This document shows positions 52,399 through 61,878 of a stretch of 64,000 nt of DNA, piece by piece. Every line of letters starts with the position of its first letter. Position 1 is the stretch's first letter. The notes beneath the pieces were generated by a model. The model searched no databases. It had not been told where the DNA came from and saw only the letters and a program-made list of their open reading frames with translations. The position numbers and the translations under genes were made by a program. This DNA comes from Vulcanimicrobiota bacterium (lineage in GTDB: Bacteria > Vulcanimicrobiota > Vulcanimicrobiia > Vulcanimicrobiales > Vulcanimicrobiaceae), in contig CAWHWQ010000003.1 in NCBI GenBank assembly GCA_963833095.1, forward strand, positions 199,376 through 263,375, given 5' to 3'.

Positions 52399-52878
52399 TT
52401 AACGCGGCGTCGGCGCGATAACCGGCAGCGGGGTGCGTCGCGGCAGCGGCGTTCCCGTCCATACCGGTCGCGGCGTCGGCGAAGAAATCGGCGTAAAAAT
52501 GGACTGCGGTTGCGCCGAAGGGAGCGCGGCGTTGAAGGGTGTTGGACTCGAAAGAGGCAGATACTGCGCGTGGACTTCCAAGCGCCGCTGTACGTATTCA
52601 ACACGCGCCCCTAGCGCGCGCAGCACGCTTGCGATAGGTACGTACACGTCGTCGAGCGCGCGCGGGTCACGTGGATTCAAACGAACGCGAACCTCTCGGG
52701 CGCCGCGTGCAATGACCAGGGTGTCGCCTTCGTACCACAGCCGGTAGGCAACGCGCGTCACGAACGGCTCCACGGGCGCGTACACGTGCCCACCGGAGAG
52801 GTAGGGCGCGTGGTACGCCCGCAGCGGGCGGCCATCGATGGCGACGGTTACCGCGGCCGCCGGTGGGAATAACATCAC
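52399..52878 (-). CDS. Copper amine oxidase N-terminal-like (stalk) domain protein
   Basis: 'VAIDGRPL', 'GHVYAPV', 'YVPIASVLRALGARVEY'; Pro/Thr tail. Confidence 0.65.
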   Translation of the reverse strand: MMLFPPAAAVTVAIDGRPLRAYHAPYLSGGHVYAPVEPFVTRVAYRLWYEGDTLVIARGAREVRVRLNPRDPRALDDVYVPIASVLRALGARVEYVQRRLEVHAQYLPLSSPTPFNAALPSAQPQSIFTPISSPTPRPVWTGTPLPRRTPLPVIAPTPR

Positions 52879-52901
52879 GGCGTAGCGATATACCGCATCC
52901 G

Positions 52902-53723
52902 ATGGGACGACTCATCTCCAGCCTGCGCGAGGCTAGCCTCCGATTTTCGAAAGATGGTTGCGCCTTCTTGGCGCAAGCCGTCGCGTTCAATGCGATCTTC
53001 GCGCTCTTTCCGCTGGTCGTCCTGATTCTCGGACTTGCTTCGTACATTTTTCCGTTTGCGCAAGAACGCGTGCTCAACTTTCTGGGCACCTTCAGCCCGA
53101 CGCTTCACCAGTTCGTTGCAGCCAACTTGGGCACGTATATCTATGGAAGCGGCATCTCCAGCATCATCGCGCTGATCTTCCTCGTGTGGTCCAGCAAGAA
53201 TCTCTTTATGGGCTTGGCGTTTGCGCTCGACCGCGCGCTCGGCGTCCCCGAAGTTCGCCCATTTGTAAACAATCTCGCGCTTTCGATGATCATGTTGCCG
53301 GTGATGGCGCTGATCATGATGGTCGCGATGGCACTGCCGATCATCATTGCGATCGTCTTAGTTTTGGCGCAGGTTCCAGATCGCCAGTACCTCTCGCACA
53401 TCGGTGCCTACGCTATCTCTTTGGCATTGGTGTTTGTCGTGACGATGGTACTCTATCGCTTCTTGCCCAACCGTCGCATCTCGTGGTCGTTCTCGCTTCC
53501 CGGCGCGATCCTCGTCGCGCTCTTGTGGCCCATCGTTCAGTTCGCGTTCACGCAATATACGCTGCATGTGAATTTCACGAAAATCTACGGTGCGCTTTCC
53601 GTGCCGCTTGCGTTATTGCTGTGGTTTTACGTAATCGGGTCGGTCTTCTTCTTCGGAGCGGAATTCTCGGCGGCGTGGCATGCCGATGATCCGCAAGAAC
53701 TCTCGCGCGTCGACGCTGCATGA
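52902..53723 (+). CDS. YihY/virulence factor BrkB family membrane protein
   Basis: 'AQAVAFNAIFALFP', 'LYRFLPN', 'IYGALS..LLWFY..FFGAE'. Confidence 0.9.
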   Translation: MGRLISSLREASLRFSKDGCAFLAQAVAFNAIFALFPLVVLILGLASYIFPFAQERVLNFLGTFSPTLHQFVAANLGTYIYGSGISSIIALIFLVWSSKNLFMGLAFALDRALGVPEVRPFVNNLALSMIMLPVMALIMMVAMALPIIIAIVLVLAQVPDRQYLSHIGAYAISLALVFVVTMVLYRFLPNRRISWSFSLPGAILVALLWPIVQFAFTQYTLHVNFTKIYGALSVPLALLLWFYVIGSVFFFGAEFSAAWHADDPQELSRVDAA

Positions 53724-54412
53724 CCCTCGTCTTCGTGCACGGCGCCGGCTGTACGGGCGAAGTCTTCGCCGCGCAGACCGCCGCCATCGACGATTCGGTC
53801 GCGCTGACGCTTCCCGGCCACACGACACCCGGCGAGCCCGCCAGTATCGAAGGGTTCGCCGATGCAGTGACCTCGCAGCTTCGGGCGCAAGAGCTCGATA
53901 ACGTCATTCTGTGCGGCCACTCGATGGGCGGCGCGATTGCGCTCGAACTCGCGCTGCGTCGCGAGCCGCGCGTGCGCGCGATCGTGATGCTATCGTCAGG
54001 CGCGCGATTGCGGGTCGCACCGGCATTGTTCGAACAGATGGAACACGATTTCCAAGCCGCCGCGCGCGAGCTTCCACGGCACTTCTACGCCGAGCCGTCA
54101 CCGGCGCAACTCGCCGCATCGACTCAGATGATGCTCGCGGTCGGCCAGGCACAAACGCTGCGCGATTTCCGCGCCTGCGACGCCTTCGATCGGATCGGCC
54201 GGCTCGGAGAGGTCACCCTTCCGCTGCTCGCCATGACCGGCGAGCGCGACGTGCTTACCCCGCCAAAATTCGCCGAGGCGCTGGCCGACCGGATACCAGG
54301 TGCTTCGGCGCGAATAGTGCCTCGAGCCGGGCATCTCGCAATGGCGGAACGCCCAGGTGATGTGAACGACGCGCTTCGCGCGTTCGTTAACCACGTAGAT
54401 TCGTCGATCTAG
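53720..54412 (+). CDS. Alpha/beta hydrolase
   Basis: 'FVHGAG', 'GHSMGG', 'GERD', 'AGHL'. Confidence 0.9.
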   Translation: MTLVFVHGAGCTGEVFAAQTAAIDDSVALTLPGHTTPGEPASIEGFADAVTSQLRAQELDNVILCGHSMGGAIALELALRREPRVRAIVMLSSGARLRVAPALFEQMEHDFQAAARELPRHFYAEPSPAQLAASTQMMLAVGQAQTLRDFRACDAFDRIGRLGEVTLPLLAMTGERDVLTPPKFAEALADRIPGASARIVPRAGHLAMAERPGDVNDALRAFVNHVDSSI

Positions 54413-54420
54413 CAAAGGAA

Positions 54421-55443
54421 GTGCCGTTGCGCCGTCACCTCGCTGTTGTCGTGCTTTTCGCAAGCGCGCTGTTGCTTGCAGCGACCTCCAAGCCGCTACC
54501 CACCCCTATACCCAAGGCGGCTCCGTCCGCATCGGCAACGCCGCCGGGCACGACCCAGCCCGTCCTGGTCGTCTATCCCTTCGAAGCGCCTTCGGATCTG
54601 GACCCCCGTTCCGGTACCTCCATCGCTCAGATCTATTCGCAGGTCATCATGCAGAGCGGCGGTGTGAGCGTGCTCGCGATTCCTTCGGGCATCAAGCGTG
54701 AGGACTACCAGAAGTACGCCCACGTGCTGCACGCCGACTACTACATCAGCGGGTACATCCAACCGATCGGCCAAGCCGCAGCCATCGTCACACAAGTCGT
54801 CGACGTATCCACCGACATCAGCGTCTACTCGACAACCACGCAAGTCACCGATGTTCAAGACGTCGCGTCGTCGGCGCTCAACGCACGTACGGTAATTCTC
54901 GAGGCGGCGGGCGTGATTCGCCCCGATTTTAGCACGTCGGGTTCGCCGGCGCCGGAATCCACCGCTACGTCGGGCACATCGGTGCCGATCAGCAACGTGC
55001 TGTCTGATTTATTCAAGGGCAAGCCGAAGGGCAAACTCACGCCTGCGCCCACCCCAACGCCGCTCAAACCCGCACGCGGCGTGATCGTCGCGCGCGTGAC
55101 CGGCAACGCTCAGCCGAATGTCCTTACGGTTGCAACCGACGAGCTTTACCGCGGCATGAATGCGCACTACACGACGATAATGTCGAGCGTCGTTTCGGGC
55201 GACCTCACCAAGAGCGCCGATACGATCTGCGGGAAAAATCGCGACAACACCGTCGCCTCGGGCGTGCTAACAGTAACGCACGTCGGCGGATTCCGGGCGC
55301 ACGACACCTACTCGTACACGCTCAATGTGTATGCGTGCTTCGGTGCGGTGCTCTACACCGACACCGAAAGCGACAACGACTACTCCCATGCGATCAAAGA
55401 AGCGGTCGAGAAGTATGCCTCCGACCACCCAGACAATTCTTGA
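54421..55443 (+). CDS. Secreted hypothetical protein (possible tandem TolB-N/CsgG-like domains)
   Basis: Signal peptide; 'VLVVYPF', 'ADYYISGYI'; Pro/Thr linkers. Confidence 0.6.
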   Translation: MPLRRHLAVVVLFASALLLAATSKPLPTPIPKAAPSASATPPGTTQPVLVVYPFEAPSDLDPRSGTSIAQIYSQVIMQSGGVSVLAIPSGIKREDYQKYAHVLHADYYISGYIQPIGQAAAIVTQVVDVSTDISVYSTTTQVTDVQDVASSALNARTVILEAAGVIRPDFSTSGSPAPESTATSGTSVPISNVLSDLFKGKPKGKLTPAPTPTPLKPARGVIVARVTGNAQPNVLTVATDELYRGMNAHYTTIMSSVVSGDLTKSADTICGKNRDNTVASGVLTVTHVGGFRAHDTYSYTLNVYACFGAVLYTDTESDNDYSHAIKEAVEKYASDHPDNS

Positions 55444-55466
55444 TGAAGCCCTGATTCAGGGAGACG

Positions 55467-55955
55467 TCACTCGCCATTGAGTAGGCCTATAGGGAGATCA
55501 TCGACGATGATCTCCTTTTTTTTGGTATCGATGCTCCTAATGAAGGCGTGGACCATCGGCAATAAATGTCCGCCGACGACGAGCATGTCGCTCGACGGAT
55601 AATGTTCGACGCGCTCGACGACGCCATACGATTTCCCGTCGGAGCCGACCACCGCGCAGCCGACCAAATCGACATCGAGATGCTCTCCGGGTTCGACGTC
55701 GAGCGCCTCGCGAGGTGCAAAAAACGTCGCGCCGACAAATCGCTCCGCGCTGGTGGCATCCGACACGCCGTCAAGGACGATGAGCAGCCGGCCCTTGTGT
55801 TCGCGCACGCTTGCGATCGTTACGTCTTTGCTCTGCCCGTCAGCGACGCAGCGCAACCGCACGCCGCCCGAAAAGACGGCGCGACCCGCACTGGTCGGGT
55901 CGCACTTGAGTTCACCGCGAAGACCAAAGACGCCGGCGATGCGGCCGATCGGCAA
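55467..55955 (-). CDS. rimM: Ribosome maturation factor RimM
   Basis: 'IGRIAGVFGLRGELK', 'DLVGCAV', 'LLPMV..FI'; position after rpsP-khpA. Confidence 0.92.
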   Translation of the reverse strand: MPIGRIAGVFGLRGELKCDPTSAGRAVFSGGVRLRCVADGQSKDVTIASVREHKGRLLIVLDGVSDATSAERFVGATFFAPREALDVEPGEHLDVDLVGCAVVGSDGKSYGVVERVEHYPSSDMLVVGGHLLPMVHAFIRSIDTKKKEIIVDDLPIGLLNGE

Positions 55956-55984
55956 GTCACTCTTCGGCGTCGCCGGTGCCCTCG

Positions 55985-56476
55985 TCAGCCTGCTGCGGCT
56001 TCTTCCGCGTCAAGAATGTCGACCGAGACGCGCCCTTCCGCGGTCGCGCGCACGATTGTCCGCAGCGCTTGCGCAACGCGGCCGCTCCGGCCGATCACTT
56101 TGCCCAAGTCCTCGGGATCGACGACAAGCTCGATTACGGGCTTGCCCTCTTCGTCGGTAAAGAGTTCAACGCTCGACGCTTCGGGCTTTGCCACGAGCTT
56201 CTTGGCGAGGAGATCGAGCAATGCGGTCGCCCGGCGCAACGACGCCCATGGATCGGACGGTTGCCGATCGCGGTGCTCGCGACGCGGTTGATAGTCACCA
56301 CCCCCGCTGCGACGCCGCGGCGGGCGCTCAGCGCGCGGCGGACGAGCGTCTTCGGGCTCGACATCATCGATGACCGTTTCGTTTGAAGCGATCTTCCGCG
56401 CGGGAAGCGACGAACGACGCTCGGCTTCATCGGCGCCTTCGCCGAAGAGGCCAAACTCGTCATCGAAGGCCGACAT
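55985..56476 (-). CDS. khpA: KH-domain RNA-binding protein KhpA with long N-terminal extension
   Basis: 'DLGKVIGRSGRVAQALRTIV'; lies between rpsP and rimM. Confidence 0.88.
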   Translation of the reverse strand: MSAFDDEFGLFGEGADEAERRSSLPARKIASNETVIDDVEPEDARPPRAERPPRRRSGGGDYQPRREHRDRQPSDPWASLRRATALLDLLAKKLVAKPEASSVELFTDEEGKPVIELVVDPEDLGKVIGRSGRVAQALRTIVRATAEGRVSVDILDAEEAAAG

Positions 56477-56766
56477 TACTCTTTTCCTTTACGCGGAGCG
56501 CGTTTGGTCGTCGGAATCGGACCACGCTCCATGATGCCCTTCTCAGCGAAGAGGCGGCGAACTGTTTCCGTCGGCTGCGCGCCCTTGGCCAGCCATTCCT
56601 TCGCCTTTTCCGCGTTCACTTCGAGCGTCTTGGGCTCGGTGCGCGGGTTGTAGTGCCCAAGAATTTCGATGAAGCGGCCATCACGCGGCGAGCGCGAATC
56701 CGCGACCACGAATCGGTAGGTCGGTTGTTTCTTTGCGCCCATGCGGCGCAGTCTGATTTTCACCAT
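56476..56766 (-). CDS. rpsP: 30S ribosomal protein S16
   Basis: '[34 protein letters not shown]'. Confidence 0.98.
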   Translation of the reverse strand: MVKIRLRRMGAKKQPTYRFVVADSRSPRDGRFIEILGHYNPRTEPKTLEVNAEKAKEWLAKGAQPTETVRRLFAEKGIMERGPIPTTKRAPRKGKE

Positions 56767-56800
56767 GGTGTCTTAGTACGTGTCTTTCTGCGTGTTGTGG

Positions 56801-58132
56801 TTAGCGAAGCATCCCCGCCGGTAGCCGCGGACGCTTACCGCCCTTGGCTCCGCCCAGTTGCTTCATCATCTTTTGCGCGCCTTCGAAGTTCTTGATCAGC
56901 TTGTTCACGTCGCTGACCGCAGTTCCTGATCCAAAGGCGATCCGCTTGCGGCGCGACCCATTGAGGATCGACGGGTTGCGCCGCTCCGCGCGCGTCATCG
57001 AGCAGATGATCGCTTCAACGCGGTTCAAATCTTTTTCGGGAATATCGAAGTCTTTCGGCAACGCTCGCGAGAGGCCCGGAATCATCTTCATGATGTCCGT
57101 CATCGAGCCGAGCTTCTTCATTTGACGCATTTGTTCGAGGAAGTCATCCAGCGTGAAGCTGCTCTTGCGCAGCTTTTCCTCGAGCTGCTTTGCTTGCGTC
57201 TCTGAATACAGGCTCTGCGTCTTCTCAATCAAGGTGAGCACGTCGCCCATGCCGAGAATTCGCGACGCGAGACGATCGGGATAGAACGTCTCCAGAGCCG
57301 AGAGCTTTTCGCCGACACCGACGAACTTGATCGGCGCACCGGTTTCGCTAAAGATCGAGAGCGCTGCGCCTCCGCGCGTATCGCCGTCCATCTTGGTCAG
57401 AATGACGCCGGTGATGCCCAGTCGATCGTTGAAGCCCTTGGCAACGTTCGTCGCCTCCTGCCCCGTCATCGCGTCGGCGACGAAGAGAATCTCTTTGGGC
57501 GAAACGGCGGCTTTGATGCGCTCGAGTTCGCCCATCAAAGCGTCGTCGATCTGCAGCCGGCCCGCGGTATCAATGATCACCGTCGAGAGCCCCAGCCGCC
57601 GAGCCTCGTTCACACCGTCGCGCGCGATCTTCACCGGATCGCCGGTGCCGGCTTCATACACCGGCAGGTCGACCTGTTTGCCGAGCGTCTGCAATTGCGC
57701 GATGGCAGCGGGACGATAGACGTCGGCTGCGACCAGCAGCGAACGCCGTCCCTGTTCTTTTAACCGTAGGGCGAGTTTGCCGGCCTGCGTGGTCTTACCC
57801 GAACCTTGCAGCCCGACCAGCATGATCACGGACGGCGGCGCATCGCTGAACGTAAGGCGCGCCGCAGCTCCGCCCAGAAGTTCGACCAACTCGTCGTGAA
57901 CGATCTTGACGATCGTTTGCGCGGGCGTCAGCGACTCGAGGACGTTTTGCCCGATGGCCTGCTCTTTGACACGCGCCACGAATTGCTTGGCCGCGGCCAA
58001 AGAGACGTCGGCCTCGAGCAACGCGACGCGCACTTCGCGCATCGCCTCGTTGACATCGCTTTCGCTGAGTTTACCGCGCCCGGTCAGGCGCGAGAAAATC
58101 GCGCCGAGCCGATCGCTGAGTTGATCGAGCAT
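56801..58132 (-). CDS. ffh: Signal recognition particle protein
   Basis: 'GLQGSGKTT', 'DTAGRLQ', 'TKMDGDTRGG'; M domain 'SMT..ERRNP'. Confidence 0.98.
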   Translation of the reverse strand: MLDQLSDRLGAIFSRLTGRGKLSESDVNEAMREVRVALLEADVSLAAAKQFVARVKEQAIGQNVLESLTPAQTIVKIVHDELVELLGGAAARLTFSDAPPSVIMLVGLQGSGKTTQAGKLALRLKEQGRRSLLVAADVYRPAAIAQLQTLGKQVDLPVYEAGTGDPVKIARDGVNEARRLGLSTVIIDTAGRLQIDDALMGELERIKAAVSPKEILFVADAMTGQEATNVAKGFNDRLGITGVILTKMDGDTRGGAALSIFSETGAPIKFVGVGEKLSALETFYPDRLASRILGMGDVLTLIEKTQSLYSETQAKQLEEKLRKSSFTLDDFLEQMRQMKKLGSMTDIMKMIPGLSRALPKDFDIPEKDLNRVEAIICSMTRAERRNPSILNGSRRKRIAFGSGTAVSDVNKLIKNFEGAQKMMKQLGGAKGGKRPRLPAGMLR

Positions 58133-58141
58133 GAGGTGTCT

Positions 58142-58384
58142 TTACGTCGCTCCTGCAGTGGCCTGATCGATGCGCGCGACGGCGTCGCCGACGGTCTTGA
58201 TCTTTTCGGCTTCTTCGTCGGGAATGTCGATGTTGAACTCGGTCTCGAACGCCATGACCAACTCGACCTGATCGAGCGAGTCGGCGCCAAGGTCATCGGT
58301 AATGGACGCTTCCGGCGTGACTTCGGATTCGTCGACGCCGAGTTGCTCGACGATGATCTTCTTGACTTTGTCGAACGTGGACAT
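58142..58384 (-). CDS. acpP: Acyl carrier protein
   Basis: 'DLGADSLD'. Confidence 0.97.
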   Translation of the reverse strand: MSTFDKVKKIIVEQLGVDESEVTPEASITDDLGADSLDQVELVMAFETEFNIDIPDEEAEKIKTVGDAVARIDQATAGAT

Positions 58385-58431
58385 TACGGCTCCTTATTAT
58401 CTGTGACAGTGTATCCCCGTCGTGGGGAAAT

Positions 58432-59190
58432 TTACATGACCATGCCGCCGTCGACCACGATGGTCTGACCGGTGACATAGGCGGCGGCATCCGAGCAGAG
58501 GAACGCGACGACACCGGCGACATCTTGAGGCGTCCCGACTCTCCCTAGCGCGGACTGGTCGATTTGGGCCTTCAGGGCCATCTTGGCTGCGTCGGGCAAT
58601 TTTTCAGTCATGGCGGTCTGGATAAATCCCGGCGCGACGGCGTTGACTCTTATGTTCCGTGAACCCAACTCCTTTGCCGCCGACTTGCCCAGCGCCAACA
58701 ACCCGGCTTTGGTAGCCGCGTACGCTGCCTGGCCGGCGTTCCCGGTGAGCCCAACGATGCTTGAGACCAGCACAATGGAGCCGGCCCGCTGCTTCATCAT
58801 CGGCTTTGCTACCGCACCGCACAAATAGAAGGCCGACTTCAGATTGACCGCCAGCAATTGATCGATCGTCTCCACTTTGAGGCGCATGAGCAGCCCGTCG
58901 ATCGACTGACCCGCGTTGGCGATCGCAAAATCGATCCGCCCAAAGCGCTCCAGCGTTGCCGCCACGGCACCTTCGACGGCTGCCGCGTCGGCAACGTCGG
59001 CGATGAGGACTTCGGCCGTCGCTCCGGGGCGAACCGCAGCGCACTCGCCCGCGGTTTCATCCAACGCTGCGCGATCGCGTCCGATCAGCGCAACGTCGGC
59101 GCCGTAGCGGCACAGCTCAACAGCGATGGCGCGTCCGATGCCACGGCTCGCGCCGGTAATCAGCGCGACCTTATTGTCGAAGCTAAGCAT
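58432..59190 (-). CDS. fabG: 3-oxoacyl-ACP reductase
   Basis: 'TGASRGIG', '[14 protein letters not shown]', 'VAPGFI.T.MT'. Confidence 0.95.
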   Translation of the reverse strand: MLSFDNKVALITGASRGIGRAIAVELCRYGADVALIGRDRAALDETAGECAAVRPGATAEVLIADVADAAAVEGAVAATLERFGRIDFAIANAGQSIDGLLMRLKVETIDQLLAVNLKSAFYLCGAVAKPMMKQRAGSIVLVSSIVGLTGNAGQAAYAATKAGLLALGKSAAKELGSRNIRVNAVAPGFIQTAMTEKLPDAAKMALKAQIDQSALGRVGTPQDVAGVVAFLCSDAAAYVTGQTIVVDGGMVM

Positions 59191-60118
59191 TGATCTTCAG
59201 CTTCTGTATCCCGGCATAGTCGCTGACGACAGCAACGTCGGGAGCGTTCGGCAAGCGCTTCATCAGTGGGCCAAGGACCGGGCTCGCGCCGCACTCGATC
59301 ACGAGATCGAGCCCATAGCTGACCAGCCTCTCCGCGGTCTCGTGCCAACGCACTTCGTTGGTGACGGAAAGCACGAGGTTCTTCTTGATCGTCGCGACGT
59401 CCCGATAGGGCTGCGCATCGACGTTTGATATAACATCGAATCGCGGCATGGTGAACGGCGCTTCTTCGACGACATGGGTAAAATGTTGGAGCGCGGGCTC
59501 CATCAGCGCCGAGTGCCACGCCCCCGAGACGTTGAGCGGGACGACCCGCTTTGCGCCGGCAGCCAGGAGCGCGTCGCCCGCAGCTTGCACGGCGAGCAGG
59601 TCGCCGCTGATCACAATCTGCGACGGCGAGTTGAAATTGGCGAGTTGAACGCGCCCGCCGGTCTGCTCGCGCACCGCATCGACGACTGTGCGAATCGCTT
59701 CGGCATCCATGCCAAGGACTGCCGACATGCCACCCGCTGCAAGTTCGGCAGCGCGTTGCATCGCGATTCCGCGCGCATTAACGACGCGCAGCGCATCTTC
59801 AAAGCTGATGGCTTGCGCGGCGTACAAACTACAATACTCTGCGAAGGAGTGGCCGGCACTGACAATCAGTGATTCGAACGGAAGCTCGAGCGCCGCAAAG
59901 ATCGCAACGTTCGATGCGAAGATCGCCGGCTGACTGTACTGCGTTTCGCGCAGGCGCTCTTCGGGGCCGTCGCGCTGCAGCCCGAGCAGATCGTAGCCCA
60001 GCACGGTTTGTGCCATGTCGAACAGATCCGAAGCCGCAGTCGAGTGCTTCGCGACATCGGCACCCATGCCAAGCGTTTGCGAACCTTGCCCAGGAAAAAC
60101 GACGCCGATGCGCGCCAC
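59183..60118 (-). CDS. fabD: Malonyl-CoA:ACP transacylase
   Basis: 'FPGQGSQ', 'GHSFAEY', 'VSGAWHS'. Confidence 0.95.
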   Translation of the reverse strand: MARIGVVFPGQGSQTLGMGADVAKHSTAASDLFDMAQTVLGYDLLGLQRDGPEERLRETQYSQPAIFASNVAIFAALELPFESLIVSAGHSFAEYCSLYAAQAISFEDALRVVNARGIAMQRAAELAAGGMSAVLGMDAEAIRTVVDAVREQTGGRVQLANFNSPSQIVISGDLLAVQAAGDALLAAGAKRVVPLNVSGAWHSALMEPALQHFTHVVEEAPFTMPRFDVISNVDAQPYRDVATIKKNLVLSVTNEVRWHETAERLVSYGLDLVIECGASPVLGPLMKRLPNAPDVAVVSDYAGIQKLKINA

Positions 60119-61101
60119 TAGGCTACCCACTTCCACACCACGGCGCCCCACGAGAGACCTCCGCCGAATCCGACGAAGACGATGATATCGTTGGGTTTGA
60201 CTCTGCCGTCGCCAACGGCTTCCGAGAGCGCAATCGGAATCGAAGCGGCCGACGTGTTGCCGTATTCTTGAATGTTCACCACGCAACGCTCGGGCGGGAT
60301 CTCCAGGTACTTCATCGCCGCGTCGATGATACGCTTATTCGCCTGATGCGGAATCAGGACGTCGACGTCGCCCTTCGTCAAGTGCGCCTTCTCGAGCGCG
60401 CGATCGGTGGCCGCGATCATCTTGGTGACGGCGAATTTGAAAACTTCGCGACCTTCCATATGAATGCGATCGGCCTTGCGATCCAACGCGGCGTGGGAGA
60501 CAGGCACGCGCGAACCACCAGTCTCGACCCGTAGCAACTCGGGCCGGCTGCCGTCGCTGCCCAGTTCTGAGGCAAGAAACGAATCTTCTTCACTCGCCTC
60601 GAGCACGACGGCGCCGGCACCGTCGCCGAAAAGAATCGCTGTTCCGCGGTCTTCGCGATTGACCAGCTTCGAGAGTGTTTCAGCGCCGATGAGGACCACG
60701 CGCCGGTACACACCCGAACGAATCAATGACGATGCGACCGTAAGGCCGTAGATGAAGCCGCTGCACGCGATTTCCATGTCGAACGCGGGTTTGTCGTGAG
60801 CACCGAGCTTGGAGGCCACGATGCAGGCAGTGGCCGGAAAGAGAAAGTCCGGGTAGACGGTGCAGACAATGTAGGCGTCGATGTCGTCGGGCTGCAGGCC
60901 GGCGTTTGCGAGCGCGTTGCGCGCCGCCGCCAATGCCAAATCGCTGGTCGCTTCGCTCTCTGAAGTCCAGTGACGGCGTTTCATCCCCGTACGTGTCGTG
61001 ATCCACTCGTCAGACGTATCGAGCCACTGCTCCAAATCATGGTTGTCCACGATCCGTTCGGGCGCGTAGTGCCCGACGCCGACGATCTTTACCCCGGTCA
61101 C
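60118..61101 (-). CDS. fabH: 3-oxoacyl-ACP synthase III
   Basis: 'ACSGF', 'LFGDGAGA', 'PHQAN', 'GNTSAAS', 'GFGGGLSWG'. Confidence 0.96.
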   Translation of the reverse strand: MTGVKIVGVGHYAPERIVDNHDLEQWLDTSDEWITTRTGMKRRHWTSESEATSDLALAAARNALANAGLQPDDIDAYIVCTVYPDFLFPATACIVASKLGAHDKPAFDMEIACSGFIYGLTVASSLIRSGVYRRVVLIGAETLSKLVNREDRGTAILFGDGAGAVVLEASEEDSFLASELGSDGSRPELLRVETGGSRVPVSHAALDRKADRIHMEGREVFKFAVTKMIAATDRALEKAHLTKGDVDVLIPHQANKRIIDAAMKYLEIPPERCVVNIQEYGNTSAASIPIALSEAVGDGRVKPNDIIVFVGFGGGLSWGAVVWKWVA

Positions 61102-61112
61102 GAGGTTATTGC

Positions 61113-61319
61113 TTAGTCGTGATCGTGACCGGTGTGTTCGTCGCGGACCTCGACGACCTGACGGCCATCGTACGTACCGCAATGACCGCACACGAAGTGC
61201 GGGCGCTTGGGCTGGTGACACTGGGGGCATTCCACGGCCGTAACCGCGTTCAATTTCCAGTTCGCCGCGCGACGGCTGCGCGTTTTACTGCGCGGCGTCT
61301 TCCACTTTAGATTTGCCAC
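61113..61319 (-). CDS. rpmF: 50S ribosomal protein L32
   Basis: 'KTRSRRA', 'CPQC...PHFVCGHCGTY.GRQV'. Confidence 0.95.
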   Translation of the reverse strand: MANLKWKTPRSKTRSRRAANWKLNAVTAVECPQCHQPKRPHFVCGHCGTYDGRQVVEVRDEHTGHDHD

Positions 61320-61337
61320 TTGAGTTTTTCGTCTCCG

Positions 61338-61751
61338 TTAATAAGGTATGCCTTGGCAGCTCTCGCTGCAGCGCAGCCCCATCGGCATTTCGCTCAGCAC
61401 CAACTGTTGAGCCAGGTCCGCGACGTCCAGCCGGCTCCCGGTCAGAACGTTGGTCTCGCCGAATGGGTCATCGTCACGCCCGGTATTCGGATCAAACCGC
61501 TCGTCGACGTCGGCGTGCACCGGCACATCGACCTCTTCCAAACACGAGTCGCACGCGCCACGAGCTTCGACGTCCACCGTGCCTACTATATGAAGTAGGC
61601 GATCGGCGTAGCGCAATTCCAAGTGCACCTGGGCCGGAGTCGGAAACGAGAACCCCTCGAATTCCTCGATCGGCACCTCGTCGTCGACCAGCATAAGCTG
61701 CCGGCCGCCCCCGAGGAGCCCACTGATATCGACCTTGTGCGAACGAGCCAT
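61338..61751 (-). CDS. yceD: YceD/DUF177 family protein
   Basis: 'CDSCLE', 'PMGLRCSESCQG'; immediately upstream of rpmF. Confidence 0.9.
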   Translation of the reverse strand: MARSHKVDISGLLGGGRQLMLVDDEVPIEEFEGFSFPTPAQVHLELRYADRLLHIVGTVDVEARGACDSCLEEVDVPVHADVDERFDPNTGRDDDPFGETNVLTGSRLDVADLAQQLVLSEMPMGLRCSESCQGIPY

Positions 61752-61819
61752 GGCGTGTAATGCGACCTGTCGTAGATTGGGGGCCCCCCGTGCGGTGAGC
61801 CCCCTTTAACGACTTGGAG

Positions 61820-61848
61820 ATTGTAGAGCCCCTCAGGGGTCTTGTCAA
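61820..61848 (-). promoter_or_regulatory. Near-consensus sigma70 promoter for the yceD-rpmF-fab operon
   Basis: Minus strand TTGACA-17 bp-TACAAT. Confidence 0.8.
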
Positions 61849-61878
61849 ACACCAGGGTCCGCGGGATGGAGAGGCAGC

